Assembly: GCF_006345805.1 (NCBI RefSeq)
Contig: NC_042998.1
Coordinates: forward strand, 92,256,001-92,320,000
Reading direction: 5' to 3'
Length of the DNA: 64,000 nucleotides
From: Octopus sinensis
Lineage: Eukaryota
The notes beneath the pieces were generated by a model. The model was not told the origin of the DNA, did not search any database, and was given only the letters and a program-made list of their open reading frames with translations. The translations under genes were made by a program, and so were the position numbers. Numbering within the stretch: position 1 is the first letter of the stretch; each line of letters starts with the position of its first letter. This document shows, piece by piece, positions 25,854 to 38,166 of this stretch.

Positions 25854-28667
25854 TTAATGCATCAGAACACTATTTTTGTATCAAAAACAGCACATTTTGA
25901 TGGCTGCTTTTCTTTTTCTTTTGTTTCTTGCATGACTTTCTTGTTTATGAATGCTAAAATTATCAGGAAAATATGAATTGATTCAAAATTCTAATATTTG
26001 TTTATGAAATCTATTGTACTTTCTAAATTTATGTTTTTGAGAAAATAAAAGTTACTCCACTAAGAGCTAAATATCTTTTAATCATTCATTAGTGATTGAA
26101 ATTGAACATTTAAGCATTATTGCTTGTTTCAGTCAATTTAATAACTACTTTGTTAGTCTATTAGTATTCTTGCAAATATTATGTGGGTTGGTTGATTTGG
26201 TTAAAAATTTGTTAAGCAAAAATATCTTAAGCTTTATGTTTTGATTTCAAATCTCATAAAGTAAAGTTTGTTTTCCATTCTTTGGGGGTTAATAACATAA
26301 ATACCAAGCTCTGACGTTGATACAGTTGCCTATACCTATTCCTCAAATCTGAGGCAGTGTCTTTGTGAGAATTCAGTATTACTTTACAGCAAAGTTAGCT
26401 GGGCATTAGTCCTCTTAAAAGCACTTCTATTAATTTATTAGTCTAGCATATAAAAATGGTTTGCTGTATTCTCATTCCTGTAAATCTCAAAGTCTGATAA
26501 TGGTGTTCTGCAGGATTGTCAAAGTGGGTCATATAGGATATCTTGCTGGCTTGTAGAATTAGTTCTGTACTTATGAACTTAGCCTCCTTTTACTAATGTT
26601 TATAAATTTTCTCTCATTACTATCATGTCTTTATCATTCAAGGTTCTTTCCCACTCTGTAAAGAGACTAATGAGCAAGCAAAGAAGTGGGATTCTTTGGT
26701 CAATCAAAGACATGGCTACCTCTATAATGTTGGTGTCACTCGGTATACATTGTAAAGTATGACATTGTCATGTTCGCAACAAAACTAAAAGATAGCTCTC
26801 TATTGTTGGTGCCTTGAAAAAAATATCCAGTACATATTGTAAAGTGGTTGGTTTTAGGAAAACCAGCCAAAAATGAAATGTGAGAAAGTTGAAACATCCC
26901 CGCTGATCTGTCTTTGATGACCGTACACCTGAGTATATGTTGACTCTGACTGTGATCTCTCGTAGTTTCCAGCATGGAAACTAGATGATGATGATTTGAA
27001 ATTTTGATTTTGTATTAGTGGCCTATAAGTTAAGAAGCTTAGTTTGTAACCACATAGTTTCAGGTTCGATCCCACCACATGATATCTTGGACAATTGTTT
27101 TCAACCATAGCTTTGGTTTGACTAAATTTTTATCAGTGAAATTTTGTAGACAAAATGTCCATTTAGAAATATAACTACCAATGCAGGTGTGGCTGTGTGG
27201 TTGAGAAGCTTGCTTTCTAATCATGTGGTATTGGGCTCAGTCCAACTGTGTGTCACCTTGGGCAAGTATCTTCTTCTATTTAGCCCCGGGTTGTCCAAAG
27301 CCTTATGAGTGGATTTGGTAGATGGGAATTGAGAGAAGCTTGATGTGTGTGTGTGTGTGTGTGTGTACATATCCATGTCTTGATATCATGTGATGGTTTT
27401 AAATGAGCATCACTGTCACACAAGTGTTGTTGTTCATTTCCTCTTTCATGGGGAAATATTATCTTGTCTGTAAACAAATGAGGGTTGGCTAAAGGAAGAG
27501 CATCCAGTTGTAGAAATCTGCCTCAACAAATTCTGTCTGACCCATGCATGCATGGAAATACAGACTTTAAACAATGCTGACAGGAATGGTTAAATAAGTA
27601 AAGAGAAAAAAAAAGATATTTTGTTGCATTTTTTGTATCCTGGTTACTTCTCTTTAATCTAAGGTTATTAAAATTTTTGAGGTCAATAAAACTAACTAAA
27701 ACTCTTGAAAGCTGTGCTCCTGTATGGCCACAGTCCACTGAATGAAACCAATAAAAGAATAATAGAACAATCTATGATTTCTGTCTTTCTAAGCTTCTTT
27801 TTTTTAAGTGTTGATTGAATATTATGAAAACTGACTTAAGACTGACATCTGTTTTGAGAAATTTTTGTTTTTTATTTTTAAAAGCAATAGTTTTCATCTT
27901 CTTTTGTGAGGTATTGCATTCTTATTTACTTATATATTTGTTGTGAATAATGGTATAAAGCAATATCAATGAGCAAGATGGATGAATATGTTAAACATCT
28001 GAACTGTCATGTTTTATGTTGTTTAACTGTCTTGTTTTATTGTATTATTTTTTAGTGAGATGTCATGTTTTAGGATAAAATAGTTTCTGTCTGACGCAGT
28101 ATTTGTGTAGCTCTAGATATTAATGTGTTATGTATGGAGTGTATTGGGCTTGGAACAATGGATGGTATTATTGAAATAATTGTTTATTCTTTTAGTTTTA
28201 CTTGTTTGTTTCCTGTCAGTCTTTGTTGCTAATATAGTTTTTTTTAATCAAAAAAAGGTAATCTTTTTGTCAACTTAATATCTGAGTGTATAGTATTACT
28301 TTCTTTCTCTTGTCAACTGTTTTGATTAAGCTTTACTGTCTGTGTGTATGTGTGTGTGTATATCTGTCTATGTATGTATGTTTTGCCTTTAGAACTATTT
28401 ACTTATTGAATGTCTTCAAGTTTTCAATTTGTTCTGAATTCAAATCCATCCAAATTTGTCTTCTATTTGTGATTGATAAATAAAGTACCAAGCATGTATT
28501 GGAGTTCATTAAATTGCGTAAAGTCCTTTCACCACGAATTTGTAGTTCGCCTTTTGAACCATATAAAAACTCATTGTTCATCTTCAATTTGATCTGTGTA
28601 TTTCTTTTTAAAGTAAACTTGTACCATTTTATTGTATATTATGTTTCTATTCTATACTCTATTGTAG

Positions 28668-28811
28668 ATGATCGACTTATAATAGAAAATAAGCCTGGTT
28701 TTTGTGAATTTACAATTCAAAACACTCTACCAACTGATAGAGGATCCTATAATGTTGTTGTAACTAACAAATTGGGCAATGACAGTGCCATTGTTAAATT
28801 GGTTGTTGAAG
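28668..28811 (+). CDS. MYLK: MLCK-like exon (rest of Ig domain 3), phase 1-1
   Basis: ttgtag|ATGATCGA...GAAG|gtaagc; 144 nt; DRLIIENKPGFCEFTIQNTLPTDRGSYNVVVTNKLGNDSAIVKLVVE. Confidence 0.92.
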
Positions 28812-29885
28812 GTAAGCATATAATCAATACTCAGAGAAAACATGGCATCTGAGCTGAGCTAGAACATCTAGAGAAGATGAAGGGAAAGTAGTGGACTTGA
28901 TAGACTTGTATCAATAAATTAAATCAGTTATTTTACTTCAAAATTTTAGATGGGCTTTAATAATAACATCTTCATTTTTTTCTTTATCAAAGAGAAACTG
29001 TAGGAAACATTTTTTCAAATTTCACTGTTTTATTCAACACAAGAAATTTTGATAATATTCTAAAATGAAAGAAAAAAATGCATTCTTGTTTTATATTTTA
29101 ACTGGAGTATTTTAAAAGAAAAAAGTGATTTACAAAAGTCACAAGTGTCATTTATCTATTTCTTTTTCCTGATTGATAGGCCTAAATTACTGGCTTAATT
29201 ACTCTTCACAGACATTGCTTTTTAGTCTTGTGTGATAAATTTTAACCAGAAAACAAGTTTTATGTTTCCTGAGTAGCTTTTTGCTTTGTAATGAAATGCC
29301 ATTGTGTTTTGCCCTGTTATGTTATGTTGTAGAAATATTTTTTACCCACCAATTTTAATGTCGTTTATGTTTTTCTGCAAGCTGCTGTTATTACACAATT
29401 TGTTATATATTATTTTGTTATTTAAATCATGCATTTATTTTACCTACTTCATTCTCTTCTTATTTGGACTGCTTTAATTGGCCACTGTTTAATATTGCAC
29501 TTATTACTAGTTCATTATAACTCCTTACAAATAGCTCAGACAGTGATATTACAAATTTCTTCCCTCCTACAATCATATACAAAATTAATGATAAAATGTG
29601 AACTCTGTAGAAAATTTGTAGAGATAAACTTAAAATGATAACCTTGCACTGCTAACACAAAAGTAAGGCACAATAATTGACTTTAATATACTTTGTACTA
29701 TGTTATGGTTGCAAAAAAAAATACTTTTTTCTTAGCTAGCAATTAAAATGTCAACTAATGATGACTGAACCTAAGTCAAAATGTTTGTGTATTGTTTCAC
29801 TGTTGTTGATGTCTGTCCTACTTTTTTATAAAATGATGTTGAAATTTCAAAAAAGAAAAATCATAATTTTCTTTCCATTGTACAG

Positions 29886-29970
29886 ATGCATCAATATTTG
29901 ATCATTTAGATGTACAAATTTCTACTGCTAATTTCGAAGATTTTTACATTCTAAAAGAAGAAGTTGGTAG
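29886..29970 (+). CDS. MYLK: MLCK-like exon (pre-kinase linker, start of kinase), phase 1-2
   Basis: gtacag|ATGCATC...GGTAG|gtaagt; 85 nt; DASIFDHLDVQISTANFEDFYILKEEVG. Confidence 0.9.
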
Positions 29971-30206
29971 GTAAGTGTAAATATTTTTGATTTTAATATT
30001 CCTTTATCGAGGAGTGGACTGCATGAGACCTAGCTCATCATCAGGTGAGCTGTACTACTAAAAAAAATTCAAGGTAATTTTTCAATAGGCATGCCATTCA
30101 GAAATTCCCTCAGGCCAGTTTGCTCATGACTGGTTGAGAAGAACTGTCTTAAACTTATTGACAGAATTTGTTTCATTTAAACATTTTTGATTTGATAATT
30201 ATAAAG

Positions 30207-30381
30207 CTGTTGTGTCTGTGGAGAGTAATTTTCTTTTTGTGCCTCATAATGTAACTCACTCACCGGTAAAATTAAAATAAGAAATAAGTGGAAATTTTAC
30301 CGGTGAGTGTGTTACATTATAAGGCACAAAAAGAAAATGACTTTCCCCAGACACAACAGAATATGCTTCAACACATGAACG
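30207..30381. mobile_element. Fold-back (palindromic) repeat element with a 67-bp stem
   Basis: Arms 30207-30273 and 30293-30359 (5 mismatches), 19-nt loop; flanked by the direct repeat aattataaagctgtt (30197-30211, 30382-30396). Confidence 0.8.
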
Positions 30382-31367
30382 AATTATAAAGCTGTTACAT
30401 TCTTATGAAATAATCTTTCTTGATCATTATCATCATTTAATGTCCACTTTTCCATACTTTCATGAAATGGAATTTGTTGTGGCAGATTTTCTAGAGCTGG
30501 ATTCCCTTCTTGTTGCCAATCTTTACCTGCTTCCAAATACCTTATGGCCAGACATGTTTTCATGGGAGATTGGAAATGAAGGCCATAACTTACATGAAAG
30601 TGACACTTGTTTATAACTTATGTGAAATCAAAGCAAGTAGACAGTAACATGCACTCATTTATTTTTGTCTACCAAATTCACTTGCACGACATTGGTTGGC
30701 CCAGAGTTATAGTGGCAGACACTTACCCAAAATGCCACACAGTAGGACTGAACTCAAAGTGGTTCCAAAGTGAGTTTCTTAACCACAGCCATGCCTCCAC
30801 ATGATTTGCAGGGGAAGAGAAAAAGAAAAGAAAGTCATCCTCGAATGTTTGTTTCAGTTTATAGATAGCTTAAGTATTAAGTCTTACTCAGTGTTGCTGA
30901 CTTTATTTATCTTCAAATTCTGTTTATATGGGGCTTGTCTAAGTATGATACAAATTTCTTTTATGTTGCAAGAGTCCAGAATACTTTAATGTTATCTTCT
31001 ATAAAATTCTCTTTATCTTAACATGTACTTGAGTGTTATACTTAACTATGAAATGAAATTGAAGACATAATCGGAGATCTTTAACTTTATGAAGAAAGGT
31101 TTTAAGTGTTATGGTTTAAAAAGCTTTAACTATGAAATAAAATCACTGACATAATTGAAACTCTGAACATAATGAAACAATATTCTGAAGATTAATAAAT
31201 TTATTCATTAGATCAGAAATAAGAACATATCAAAATGTAAAATTTCCATGGATCTTGCCAGTATTTATAAATTAAATAACTTTTAATAAACCATATGAAT
31301 GAACATTTTTGAAATATATAATTATTTATTTTAACTTCTTTGATATACTCATATTCTGTACTTTAAG

Positions 31368-31568
31368 TGGCCGTTTTGGAGTTGTTCACAAGTGTATTGA
31401 GAAATCATCAAACCGGCTTTGGGCTGCAAAAGTTATCAAATGTAAAGAGAAAAAGAAAGCTGAATTTCGCAATGAGATTGAGATAATGAAAAATTTAACT
31501 CATCCAAAAGTCCTAAGGCTTTGGGATGCTTATGAATCTCCCACTGGATTTGTAATTGTCACTGAATT
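31368..31568 (+). CDS. MYLK: MLCK-like kinase exon (G-loop to hinge), phase 2-2
   Basis: tttaag|TGGCCGT...GAATT|gtaagt; 201 nt; (S)GRFGVVHKC...WAAKVIKC...EIEIMKNLTHPKVLRLWDAY...VTE. Confidence 0.95.
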
Positions 31569-31638
31569 GTAAGTATTTGAGTTTATTATTTTTCTTGTTC
31601 TATGGTTTATCATTTTTCTTGTTCTACGGTTTATTTAA

Positions 31639-31858
31639 CCTATTTGATACCAACCCATCCAAGACCACCCTTGCTTCCATGATACAAACTTCCTGTTTCA
31701 AAGTTATCTAAATTAAAACTTGCAATCAACATTTCACGTTAATTTATGTTCCTAATATCAACTTAATTAATGATAGTTATTTTACTAAATACTTCATTAT
31801 TTCCCAAATTAATTGGAAAAAGGCTGTGCATTTCAATAGAAATATGGGAACAAAAGGG
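31639..31858. mobile_element. piggyBac-like (TTAA) MITE, family 2 (opposite orientation)
   Basis: ttaa-cctatttgatacc ... gggaacaaaaggg-tt; reverse-complement homolog of 25633-25853. Confidence 0.68.
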
Positions 31859-34800
31859 TTGATAATTTAATTTGCTAATTTAATAAAATTTTCTATTTGC
31901 TTTTTCTAGTTTCAATTCCTGTTTCAATGGGTTCTATCCATGTATTCCAGAAAGGAATATTTTAAAAGCAGGAAATTAAACAAAATACTGACTCTTACTT
32001 AGCTTACTTCTTTCACACAAACACACACATACACACAAAAAAGTTCATGTGCATTACATCTTTATTTTCTTCTATGTGCAGCATTAAATCCAATTGTTTC
32101 AACTCTGTAGTATATCACATGTGGAATATATTGTACAAAAATTAGATTTTAATTAACTACATAACTTTTACTGAGAAAATACGTCTTCTAATTAAAAGAT
32201 CTCACCTACCCTATTAAGTATTTTCCTACAAGACTATTATTTCATGAAAACTAATTTCCTTGTAAATGCTTTATCAATACACTGTTCTTAGAGCATGATG
32301 TTGCTATGATTTTCAAAGGGTACAATATCACCCGTTTCTCTCTGTGGAATATACAGCTTGTTTTATAAGCCATGTAAATTTTTAAATAACTACCATTGAA
32401 AAGAATTTTCCTTATCAAAGTTTATTAAAATTAGCAGAATTCAGGAATGTAATATAAATATTAAATTGAAAATCAGTGTTCTATAAAAGGCAATAGCAAT
32501 GTTGATTGCATAAACTAATAATGCAATATTACCTTAGAAAATTCTAATTAGTCCTTGCATTTTGAGTTAAACACGTCTTTACAAAGACCTTAAAGAATAA
32601 AAGATGAACTTAAGTTTTCATTCTGTTAACATGTTAAATTTTTGGATTTGACATGTCAACATAATGAGCATATAATCTATATATATATATAGCTCTCTCA
32701 TTCTTTGATTTTTGTAAAAGAATTTTTAACCTTAACTATCAGGACTAATTAAATTCTTTTTATGGTAGCTTTTCTATATCTTTAATATATAATTTTATCT
32801 ACTTTGCTATTGTCTTCTATAACACACTGATTTTTCTACATATTTCACAAATGTTCCAAGAAAGCTACAATATCCTTATAAACATTAAAAATCTTATTGA
32901 AAAGATGTTTGGAATCTTTTTCAATTCTAGTAATTGTCATTTATAAGGATTTTCTTATGTGTAACTACTTTAAAAAGTTTCAAAACAAAAAATTGTAACT
33001 TTTTTAGTTGCTTCAAGAACTGGTTAGATTTTATCTTCCTCAGACATTAATAGTTTGTTTATAATAACTTGTAATGTAGAATGGATTTCTTGAAATCACT
33101 TATTTCATCAAAAATATGTTAGACACAAGGATGGCTGTGTTTAAGACATCCACTTCCCATTCATGTGGTTTCAGGTTTGATCTCAGTATGCTGCATCTTG
33201 GGTGTTCTATATAGCTCCAGGCTGACCAAAGCCTTATGAGTGGATTTAGTAGGTGAAAATCTGAAGAAGCCTATTCTATACATACATGCGTATTAATGTG
33301 TGTGTGTGTACATTTGCCCTTCTCTGAAAATTACTCAGTTATGACTGGTGATGTTGCTATCACCCATTGGTTTTGCACCTTCAAAACATGGAATATTATA
33401 TATCCTTTACTTGAGAAACAGGTAAGGATTAGTGACAGGGAGGCAGTCCACTTGTGAAATTTTTGATAATGTAGTCATGAAACCCATGCTTACTTGGAAA
33501 ATCAGGTGTAAAACAAACGAACATATTGATTTGTTATTGTTAGTAAGTAGCTTCAAAGGGTCATTCATGGTCGAGGTTTTGTAATTAATAATTCATCTCC
33601 AGTACTTTATCTCTGCTTTAGTCTACCTCCTTGTAAAGAGATACAACACTAATGATGGCAGCCGAAGAATTGTGTATGACAGGTGTTTCATTAACTTTCT
33701 GCAGATCCTCTCAATGCTAAATCTATGATAGACTGGAGCTGTTATCAAAGATGGGAGTTATCTTTCATTTTTTTTTTTTAACGACTTAAAAACTCCTTAG
33801 GTTTCTCCACTTCTCTTCTACTGTTAGGTCCAATAAGTTCACCTTCACTACCTCAAACCCATCTCACATGGCAATCTGTCAGTACCTCAAACCCATTTCT
33901 CACTTTATAGTTGTGTTGATTAATTTGAATTATGGGAAAAATAATGAAACTTTATTATTATTGCAGTAGTACAATAAACATTATTGTGTTAGGTAAAAGA
34001 TAACATTTGTAATAATAAAACGTAAACAAGAGCACCTAGAGAGCGCAAACCTTCTTCAGTATTTTTTCTATATATCATCTAATATCCTCTCTATTAACTT
34101 GTCATTAACGTCAAAATTTTGTGTCTACTTTCCATGTTTGTATGAGTTAGACAGTGTGTGTTCTTGGTGCAAGTTACTGCCTTCACAGATGGGTTAGAGG
34201 ACCATGTCTCACTTAAATGTTTTAGCTTTGCTTTGGTTCTTTGCCTGGCTACCCTTTTAATTACCAACTACTTTATAAGTGTATTGGGTGCATATTATTG
34301 TGACATTAGCATATTTAAATCTATGATAGACCAGAGTTGTTATCAAAAATGGGAGGTATCTTATATCCTTCACTAAAGGTTCCACTCGACACTATATTGT
34401 CTCTATTCACTTGTCAGCCATTTTATAGATTATGCTGAGTACATTTTATGGCACCAGCTCTAGTGAGGTTGCCTTGCATTATGCACAGCTTAACAGAGTT
34501 CCTCCCTACTCTATGATATGCTTGTTCACTCAAAGTAATGTACCTGTGAAGATGAGTAGTAAAGGAAGCGATAAGAAGAATCAGGATGTGGAGGAGCTGA
34601 TGGTTGCAAGTTTGTGATTGTAAAAAGAAAGTGCAGGGGAGTGACTGTGATGGACAGATGACAACTAATTCTTTTACTCTATTTTATGTCATTGATAAAT
34701 ATATTTTTTTTGATTGAAGCAAGATTCTTTAAAGATATGTTTTGTACACCAATGTGTACAAAATGTGTATATGAATGTGGAATGGCACTGGCTGTAATGG

Positions 34801-35045
34801 TTGGTCTCAGAGAGACTTCTCATAGTAATTTATGCATTAACATAGTGTCATTCATCCACTGGTGTTCTGAGTGAGCTCTGGTCTTTTAACACTTAAATCT
34901 TTTTTAAGATGTTTCTCTGACAACTGTTACAGCCATTTCATGTTTGTCTGCACATAAATATTATATACACCAGTATTTTAATCTAACACTGTTTCAAGTA
35001 CATATATTAATTACATATATATATACATTTTTCTTTTTGTTCCAG

Positions 35046-35387
35046 TGTTTGTGGAGGAGAGCTTTTCAAACGTATTGTGGATGATGATTTTGTTCTAACA
35101 GAGCAAGACTGTGCACATTTTGTGCACCAGATCTGTGAAGGCGTACGCTACTTACATGATAAACAGATTATACATTTGGACTTAAAACCAGAAAACATCT
35201 TGTGTATTGCTAAAAGCAACAATTTTATCAAAATAATTGATTTTGGCTTGGCACGAAAACTCCAGGTTGGTGACAGTATCAAAGTATTATTTGGTACACC
35301 TGATTTTATAGCACCAGAAGTTGTAAACTATGATGAGATTAGCTTTGCAACAGATTTATGGAGTCTTGGAGTCATCTGCTATGTGCT
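35046..35387 (+). CDS. MYLK: MLCK-like kinase exon (catalytic loop, DFG, APE), phase 2-2
   Basis: ttccag|TGTTTGT...GTGCT|gtaagt; 342 nt; VCGGELFKRIV...HLDLKPENILC...DFGLARKL...GTPDFIAPEVVNYDEISFATDLWSLGVICYV. Confidence 0.96.
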
Positions 35388-35779
35388 GTAAGTTTTTTTC
35401 TCTCTCTTTCTTTGTATTTCATATGACTATTAATTTTGTAGTCGTTGTTGTTATTGTAGTAGTTGTTGTTGTTGTTAAGGTGGTGAGCTGGTTGAATCAT
35501 AACCAGACAAACTGCTTAGTGGCATTTCTTCCAGCTTTGCTTTCAGAGTTAGAATGTTGCCAAGGTTGACTTTGCCTTTCATCCTCTCAGGGTCAATAAA
35601 ATAAGTACCAGTTGAGTATTGAGGTTGATGTAATTGACAAGCCCTCCCCCACCAAAATTTCAGGTCTTGCGCCTATAGTAGAATGAATGATTATTTATAT
35701 ATCTTAGGTTCCAATTATTTTAAGATTAAAATATTAAAATTGGCTATATAATTTGAATCTTGTTTAATCTTGTGCAATA

Positions 35780-35933
35780 GGTGCAGGAGTGGCTGTGTGG
35801 TAAGAAGCTTGCTTCCCAACCACATGGTTCCAGATTCAATCCTACTGCAGGTGTCTTCTTTAGCCTCAGGCTGACCAAAGCCTTGTGAGTGGATTTGGTT
35901 AATAGAAACTGAAAGAAGCCTGTCGTATGTATA

Positions 35934-35980
<47 letters not shown>

Positions 35981-36190
35981 GTTAGTATATTTGTGCCTGT
36001 TCCCCACCATCACTTGACTACGAATGCTGGTGTATTTATGTACCCGTAACTTAGCAGTTTGGCAAAAGTGACCAATAGAGTAAGTACTAGGCTTACAAAG
36101 AATAAGTCCGGGGGGGGGGGGGTCAATTTATTTGACTAAAGGCGGTGCTACAGCATGGCCTCAGTCAAATGACTGAAATAAATAAAAGTA
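35780..36190 (+). mobile_element. tRNA-derived SINE family A1, full length
   Basis: Head ggtgcaggagtggctgtgtggtaagaagcttgcttcccaacc, internal (TG)n(TA)n, tail cagtcaaatgactgaaa-taaaag. Minus-strand copies at about 2661-3030, 12985-13285, 47080-47490, 48110-48524, 50180-50590 and 58469-58858. Confidence 0.85.
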
Positions 36191-36292
36191 AACTTGTTTT
36201 AAAAATCTGAGTGATAACTTTATCTTTCAGCAATTTGTCATTGTTTATTTATCATTTTGTTTTTTGTTTAACTTATTTTTTTATCGTTTCAG

Positions 36293-36445
36293 TATTTCTG
36301 GACTGGCTCCTTTCACTGGAGAAACAAATGTTGAAACATTATCCAATGTCACACAAGCAGTTTATGACTTTGATGATGAAACCTTTGATGAAATTTCAGA
36401 TGCTGCAAAAGATTTTATTTCCAAGTTGTTAGTAAAGAAAAAAGA
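36293..36445 (+). CDS. MYLK: MLCK-like kinase exon (C-lobe), phase 2-2
   Basis: tttcag|TATTTCT...AAAGA|gtaagt; 153 nt; ISGLAPFTGETNVETLSNVTQAVYDFDDETFDEISDAAKDFISKLLVKKK. Confidence 0.95.
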
Positions 36446-36999
36446 GTAAGTGATAAATACAAGAATTTAATTAAAATCAATCCCATAATTATCATTTGAT
36501 TTCTTTTTAGTAAATCTGAAATTAACGTCTGTTTATTACAGTCATGTTTTATTTTTTCAGTTTTTTTAATTAGGAGGGAAAATTGTACCCATGATCCTTT
36601 ACAGGCCCTTTGAATCTTGGTGGGAGGGAGTAAGTGAAGAAGGTGTTTTCAAGTTGGAGACCCAGGCCTGAGTACTTGTAACAGTGAACTCTCACTCACT
36701 ACTAAAGCCCTCCAAGATACCAGGCATTGGTGTTAGACTGGGCAATAAAATTGAGTCAGTTACTACTGTAAATCCAATTTTTATTTTCATTTGAAAAACT
36801 ACTTTTAATTCTCCCACTTCATATTATATGCTACTAGAGTCATATTATAAAATTGAGAAATATTTGAGGTAAATTTTTCTTTGTAATCGTAAAATTTCTA
36901 TTTTCCCTTCTTTCATCTACAAAGTACTATAAAGAATGTTGGTAAATGATTCCAGTACTCCCCTGCCCTTGAGAACACCAGTGAAAGAACTATTGTTGC

Positions 37000-37990
37000 T
37001 CTTTAACACCAGTAGTGTTTATACGAGTGTCTGATATGATAATCTCTTAGCAAAGATGTTAATCTGTGGCTGCCATCTATCTCATGGCTTGGGGATGTTT
37101 CATATCAGACTGTTTTGTTGCAGCATGCATTAATGGCTTTCTCTCTAGTCTATATTATTCTATCAGCTGGTGTCTATCTTGTCTTCCACACTCATCTTTT
37201 AATGGAAGATGTGCATCTCCCACACATTCTCTTGTTAATTCTTAACTACACATTACTTCTGCTGAACTTTCTGCATACAGGTGTCATCTAGTGCATTTTT
37301 ATTATCAAAGACCACCACCGAAAAATCCTTCAATAGGGAGCTTAACTTAATCTCTATCAATAACACCAAAACGCAAATGTTACATATACTATTTACTGAA
37401 ATAAATAATCTTAAAATACTCCACCTTCCTTGCTTATGAACAACATGGCTAAAACCCTCAAAAATGGTAACATGCTAGGCCACACAATCTCTGATTATTT
37501 TTTAACAATTTGAAACTGCATCCAATATACTAAACTTCTTCAGGCTCAGGAAGTATTTTGGCCCTGATTATTAATGTATTTCTCAGATATCCAATAACAA
37601 CACTGCTGCTACATTCATAAAGTTCTGAGACTATCCAAAAAGAGCTAGCCAGCAGACTGATAAAGAACTTTTCAACAACATTCTATAACTACTTCATGTA
37701 ATTGCTCCTCCATCATTATCTTTTTTTATCCTGTTTTTACTAAAGTTTATGTTTTGTGTTTCTTCTGAAGTGCTTTACACCATTTCACCAGATGCCTGTT
37801 TGCCTTCTGTTTATCATATCCACTGTGGATCACTCAACAATTTCTATACAAAGTACTCCCTTATGTCTTTTTATTTATCCATATCCTTTCTATTGGATTT
37901 ACCTAGAAATAATGTTCAAGCTGTACATCAGCCATATTGAACTCACTAACCTGAGAGAGCCTGTAAAGGTTATAGGCACTGTCACACTTC
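37000..37990 (+). mobile_element. Probable decayed LINE 3' region
   Basis: C/A-rich, stop-riddled coding-like composition resembling the other LINE fossils; no unambiguous motif. Confidence 0.35.
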
Positions 37991-38039
37991 CTCAGACTAA
38001 AAAATAAAAAAATTGTAATATTTTAATTTAAATTTTCAG

Positions 38040-38166
38040 AAACCGTATGACTATTCATATGTGTCTTCAACATGAATGGCTAGCTCTTGATCATGTGGAC
38101 AACCAGTGTATGAAACGCCTCAGTACGGACAAACTAAAGAACTTCATTGCTAGACGTAAATGGCAG
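38040..38166 (+). CDS. MYLK: MLCK-like exon (kinase end, autoinhibitory segment, first half of CaM site), phase 2-0
   Basis: tttcag|AAACCGT...TGGCAG|gtgagt; 127 nt; NRMTIHMCLQHEWL...LSTDKLKNFIARRKWQ. Confidence 0.95.

Noticed and set aside
35780-35850. tRNA-like sequences as tRNA genes (also at 20785, 44851 and 51000-51060)
   Set aside because: They have A/B-box similarity only, lack a cloverleaf and continue into SINE bodies.
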